The translations under genes and the position numbers were made by a program. Below, piece by piece: positions 58,848 through 64,000 of a stretch of 64,000 nucleotides of DNA (the first letter of the stretch is position 1; every line of letters starts with the position of its first letter). The stretch lies in the NCBI RefSeq assembly GCF_009914755.1, contig NC_060929.1; one strand, given 5' to 3'. The DNA is from the human T2T-CHM13v2.0 reference genome, Homo sapiens. The notes under the pieces were generated by a model. That model was not told where the DNA came from. It did not search any database and saw only the letters and a list, made by a program, of their open reading frames with translations.

Positions 58848-60761
58848 TGTTACAGGATCTTTGGGATGTTGCTTTTCTGGCCAGAAACCTGTGGCAGGTA
58901 GCACCTTCGCCCGAGTTTTGCTTGGGACTCCTGGGCTGGTTCCACCCACTCAGCCTGGCAGGCTGTACTCCACGACTCATGCTACAGGCCTGGATCCCAT
59001 GCCTCCAAGGGAGACTGCGAGTCAGGCGTGGAGCAGCGAAGGGTGTGTGAGAGAGCGCAGGGTCCAGCCACTGCACAGTCAGACATGCTGGCTGCTGCCT
59101 TGGGGTGAGCAGCTCCAAGTGCCAGCATGGGTGCTGGCTCTCTGCAAGGCTGCAGCTGGACCAGGCGCACTGTAAACAGCTTCCCCAGCTCGCACGGGGG
59201 AATGCAATGGTGCCTGGAAGCTTGGAGATGCCAAGAACCGCAGGGCACCAAAGAGGGAGTCATAGCCTTGGCTCAGGGAACTCCCAGGTCTGGGTTTCCC
59301 GAAGGGCTGCAGCTCTTCTCTCCTCTTCGCCAGCAATGTGGGTAGCAATGGGCATGTTTCAGCCCTGTTTGTGTTATAGCTCCTTTAGCCTTGCCATTCA
59401 GCAAGTCCCGAGTTCTTCTCCTGAGACCAGGAAGAATGAGGTACACAGACAACTGAAGGGTGAGCAAGAGGAAGCGGAACTCTATTGAGCAATAGAATAG
59501 TTCATAGGAGACCCGAAGGGGACAGCTCCTTTCCACAGTCAAGGTGTCCCTACGAGTGTTCAGCTCCTAGCAGAGAGGGTAGCTCCTCTCTGCAGGCAGG
59601 TCATCCTACCAAGTATTTAGCTTCCAGCAGAGAGGGTAGCTTCTCTCTGCAGCTGGTCGTTCCATCAACTGTTCTGCTCTGTCTGAGCTCGGGGCTTTCA
59701 TGGGACTCAGAGGAAAGGAAATGCACGCTGATTGGTCCATGGGCTGCCATGAGTGGGCCTGGAAAAGGCATCAGAAGTTCCCAATCCAGTCTGTGGGACT
59801 GTCAGCCTGGCCCCAACCTTCAGGTTCTCCCTGGCCTGAGGGTGGTGCCTCACCGGGGACCCTCTCCCTTCCACCCAGGAATGTTTGTGTCTCCCGCTAC
59901 CGTCCATGGCACCCAGACTGCTTGTGCCAAGGGGTAATGTGCAGGCCAGCACCCAGCTGCCCTCACTCCCGCTCGGCTTCCCCTCCATACTCGTCAGTGC
60001 CCAATGTCCAGACTGGGCCGAGGAGGCAGGGGCCTGGCGTGTCAGCACTGCCTGAGCCTGCACACACCCAGCTGGGCTGTGACAGCACCCAGGCTTGGCC
60101 CCAACTTCAGTCCAAGATCAGAGCAGGTGCTGGGAGTGAGGAGAGTCCAGGAAGATGGAGAAGATACCCTCGAGCCTGCGGGGATGTAGGAGGCATTCCC
60201 AGGCACCTGAGGGTGCAGGGTCTAGACACCCAGGTCCTGCACCTGGGAGGGCAGGCTCCATGGAGCGTGCTGGCAGTCCCAGCCATGCCTCCTTGCAGGC
60301 TCTGGTGGGGAATCCAGGTCCTCACTGGGCCCCTTTCTGCCCTTCCCTCTATGCCCAACCTCCCTGTGCCCCCCGCCATCGGGTAGCTTGCCCGGCCCTG
60401 TCAGGGTGGCCCCTTGGTTTGGGCTCCGAGGGTCTCCTGCTTGTCCCTGGCTTCCGCCGGCAGCGCCCTGCCCTGGGCCCAGCTCCGCCTCCTCCCTGAG
60501 CCCTCCCTGCAGAGACAGCAGGGGAGATTGGCAATGGAACCAGTGTGCAGAGCGATGGAGGCTCTGGGCCTGGGAGCAAGTCCCACCTGGCCATGCCAGA
60601 GTGGAGGATGATGGCGGCACAGTTGGCTGCCTCGGGGATGTGGGGCACAGGGGACCCACCGTTGCCATTGCTGCTTCCGCAGCTGCTTCTGCCGACCCCT
60701 TCCATGCCTCCTCACTGTAGCCTCCCTGCTGCAGCTGGTGGGATGGCAGCGGCTGCCATCA
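58848..60761 (-). mobile_element. ERV1 solo LTR, MER52 family (~1.9 kb, GC-rich), 4-bp TSD ATAG
   Basis: Minus strand starts tgatggcagc and ends aaagatcctgtaaca; atag at 58844-58847 and 60762-60765; CCAAT box (ctgattgg ~59728); internal agcagagagggtagct repeats. Confidence 0.85.
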
Positions 60762-61973
60762 ATAGAATTGTCATTTGTTTTAACAGTATGGCTACCGTTT
60801 TTGCCATTTGAGGCACTCGTGAAGGAGGCATGCATAACGTAACCCAGGGAGGGATATCCTTGAAGCTACCTGCAAAAGGCCTCCTCTTTTTGGCCTTCAA
60901 CTTTATCAAGAAAAAACGATGGCTACCTCTTTCCCATCTCTTCTTTCTGCAGTTGAGCTCTGTTCTAATAAACATTCCCCCTCGTAATCTTTGGGGGTCT
61001 TTTGCCTATCTTCATGCAAAAAGATGGGCAAAAGATGGGTTTTACCACCCACCCTATGGATGTTAGGTCAGTGATGATGTTTCTGTTGTGTTAAGGGGCA
61101 AGCCCTGATATATGGGATAATTCCACATTTATAGCTGATGAGTGAGTAGCTATTCGTTGAAAAGTGGTTGCCTTTATGATAGAAATTCAAGAATCACAGG
61201 GAAGACATGCGACTACCTAAAATGCATCTCTTTCTCTTGGTTAAATTTTGGAATCTTTGGACAGGGCAACTTCTTTTAATCACAAAATTGTTTTAAATTT
61301 TAAAATGAAAAATTTCTGACAACACATTATTCCTAAATTTATAAGAAAATGTAAATATATAAAATCACAGAAAGGGATGCCAGGAGAGCCAAGTGGCACT
61401 GATTTTGAAATAGTAAAGAAGGAAGGATAGACAGGGAATAAAAAAGAAGCAAAAAGATTCAAGTCAATCTACACCTTCAAAATAAGAAAAAAATAAAATA
61501 AGCCTAGATAAACTTGAGAGTTCTGTTATAATAGCCAGGATACAGAATTAACCCAAGTTTCCATCAGTGGACAAATGGATTAAAAAATGGACGAATAGAT
61601 AAAGAAAATGTATATGCACAATGTTACTTTATTTTCTTTTACTCTGCTTTGAGTTCGGGGCAAATGGTTGATTCTCATAATTAATTACTAAACAATTTCC
61701 CTTTTTAATAATTTATCTTTTAAAAGCCCCCTTAAGCTGTTTTTCCCTTAGTCAGATCTTCACTGGGGCTTAATAACCAGTTAAAAACACTGATTTGAAA
61801 CTGTTCTCTTCTATAGGCAGCAACCCACCCAGTTACATTGACATAAGTAAATGCATAGATTAAAAACTGTTAAAATTAGGCCTTGCTCTGATGGCTAAGG
61901 GTGATCAAAGGCAACTAAGGAGAAAAATAAACTGACAGTCTTCGAATGCTGAGAGAATACTTTAAAACTTTTT

Positions 61974-62276
<303 letters not shown>

Positions 62277-62333
62277 TTAGCATAGGGCATATATTCCAAA
62301 TAACTGTAACACTATGACAGTATTGTGATAATA

Positions 62334-62626
62334 TTTTCTTCCTTCCTTCCTCCTTCCTTCCTTCTTTCCTTTCTCCCTTCCTTCCTCCCTTCCCTCCCTC
62401 CCTCTTTTCCTTCCTTCCTTCCTTTCTTCCCTTTATTTTTTCTTACTTCCTTCCTTTCTTTTTTCCTTCCTTCCTTTCTTTTTCCTTCTTTTCTTCCTTC
62501 CTTCCTTTCTTTTTTCCTTCCTTCTTCCTTCTTTTCCTTCCTCCCTCCCTCCCTCCCTTCCTTTTTCCCTTCCTCCCTTCCCTCCTTCCTTTTCTCTCCA
62601 TTTCCTCTTTTCTCCCTTTCTCTTTT
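62334..62626. repeat. (CCTT)n/(CTTT)n polypyrimidine tract
   Basis: ~290 bp almost entirely pyrimidine on +. Confidence 0.95.
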
Positions 62627-64000
62627 AATTTTCAAAAGTATTGCCACATTTTACTACAATTTCCTTTCCCTGAAGCTTCAGTAAAGTATTGAATGGCAAA
62701 TCACAACACCTGAAAAGTTCTTTCCTTTGATGTTTGTTGATGTTTGGCGGTTTCCTGACAGGAACATGCCAAGAACAGGTATCAAAACAATCCAGAAAGA
62801 AGACATTGATCTGCAATTTTGATGATTAGAGAATCTGGTATCAACAAGAAGTGTGTAGTTATGATCTCTGAAAATAAGTCCCTTGCTATGTTCCTTATGC
62901 ATTATTTAAGCTACAGTACATGGCTGTGATGAATGCAGTGTGAGAACTCCATTTCTAAGCATAATAAATAGAAATCAGATGCAATCACTCATGATACTTC
63001 ACAGAATTGTGCTGAGAGCATGTTTACCCAGTGATGTTCTACTGAGCAATTTTGTTTGAGACAGTAGAATTTTCATTATTAAAAGACTTTAGATTCTGGA
63101 TCATTTTGTATTTATGCTGTTTACAATAATAATGGGTATGATCATTAAGGTACTTTGCAAGTGACATTAATTTTATTACTCCTCTCCAGGTTAAATTTGA
63201 CATTAAGGTTTTCAGCCTGTGTAGTTAATGTATAGCTCTCTGGTTTTCTTTTTTATATGTGTTCTTTGCAAAATCTTTGGGGTTTACACTGGAGGAATAA
63301 TATGATATTTACTTACATAGTGAGTGTATTTCTATAATTTAGAGCTGAGAGAAGCAAATTTTAGCCTTTCATTTTCCTTTCTCCACCCAGAGATTTCTAC
63401 TTTCATATCCATAAATAAATAACAGAATGCTTGAGACACCCTATGGTATTATAATGGTAAATATTTATATCATAAAACAAAAAGCATTTCCTCTCTAAAG
63501 GAAACTCTCTACAGGGGACATACGGAGCAGCTTTTTAAAATCTGAAATTTAAGAACCTCATGGTCAGTTTCAAAGAGTAAATAAAATGTGTTTAGGAATA
63601 AAAGTCATTTCTTTCCTCCCACTTCATAGTTAACTGATTTTAGAATTGGAAAAAATTGAATATCAGTATTTTTAGACTGCTAAAACAAAATTAGATTTCT
63701 AGAATATGACATGTTTTATGCCAAATAAATTTGCAAATTAAATAAGACCTGGAAAACAAATGGGCTAATGAGACTTCAAGTAAAGCACTGAAAAAAAAAA
63801 TGCTTTCTAACTTAACAAAAACAAAAGTTCTTATTTTCACTTTTTAAATTCCTCTTCCTACGAAGTGTACCATTTTGTCATTGGTTAAGGAGCATAAAAT
63901 AACCCAGAAATATGTGAATCATGATTTAGAATCTTGATAAGGAAAATGTTTAGAGTAAGTAAAAAAAATAACAAATATAATGTGTATATATATCTATATA

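Noticed and set aside
58740-60835. Many long overlapping ORFs (up to 228 aa) on both strands
   Set aside because: All lie in or at the edge of the GC-rich MER52 LTR, where stop codons are rare; no recognisable domain.
62312-62684. 111-aa K/E/R-rich and 119-aa F/L/P/S-rich ORFs
   Set aside because: Translations of the (CCTT)n simple repeat.

Overview
This is AT-rich, repeat-dense primate genomic DNA, probably a hominid given the AluY and L1PA2/3 copies. It looks intergenic or deep intronic. I recognise no protein-coding exon, intact RNA gene, CRISPR array or novel multi-gene system. Nearly all listed ORFs fall in Alu, L1, LTR or simple repeats. The window holds 14 Alus (12 on +), several L1 fragments of different ages, L2 and MIR remnants, DNA transposons (MER1A, an internally deleted Tigger1), ERVL/MaLR LTRs (LTR16, LTR41, MLT1, MLT2, MST) and ERV1 solo LTRs (MER50, MER52). 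The most interesting signals are insertion-mechanism fossils: an MST LTR that looks retroposed as a poly(A) transcript with a 17-bp TSD, a ~160-bp non-tandem templated copy pasted into an LTR16, a twin-primed ancient L1, tandem Alus sharing three TSD copies, a 24-nt U1 snRNA 5' fragment and a nested ERVL remnant. There is also a candidate ISRE/E-box/CCAAT/CRE regulatory cluster. Family names come from recalled consensus sequences, not a search. Boundaries of old elements are approximate.
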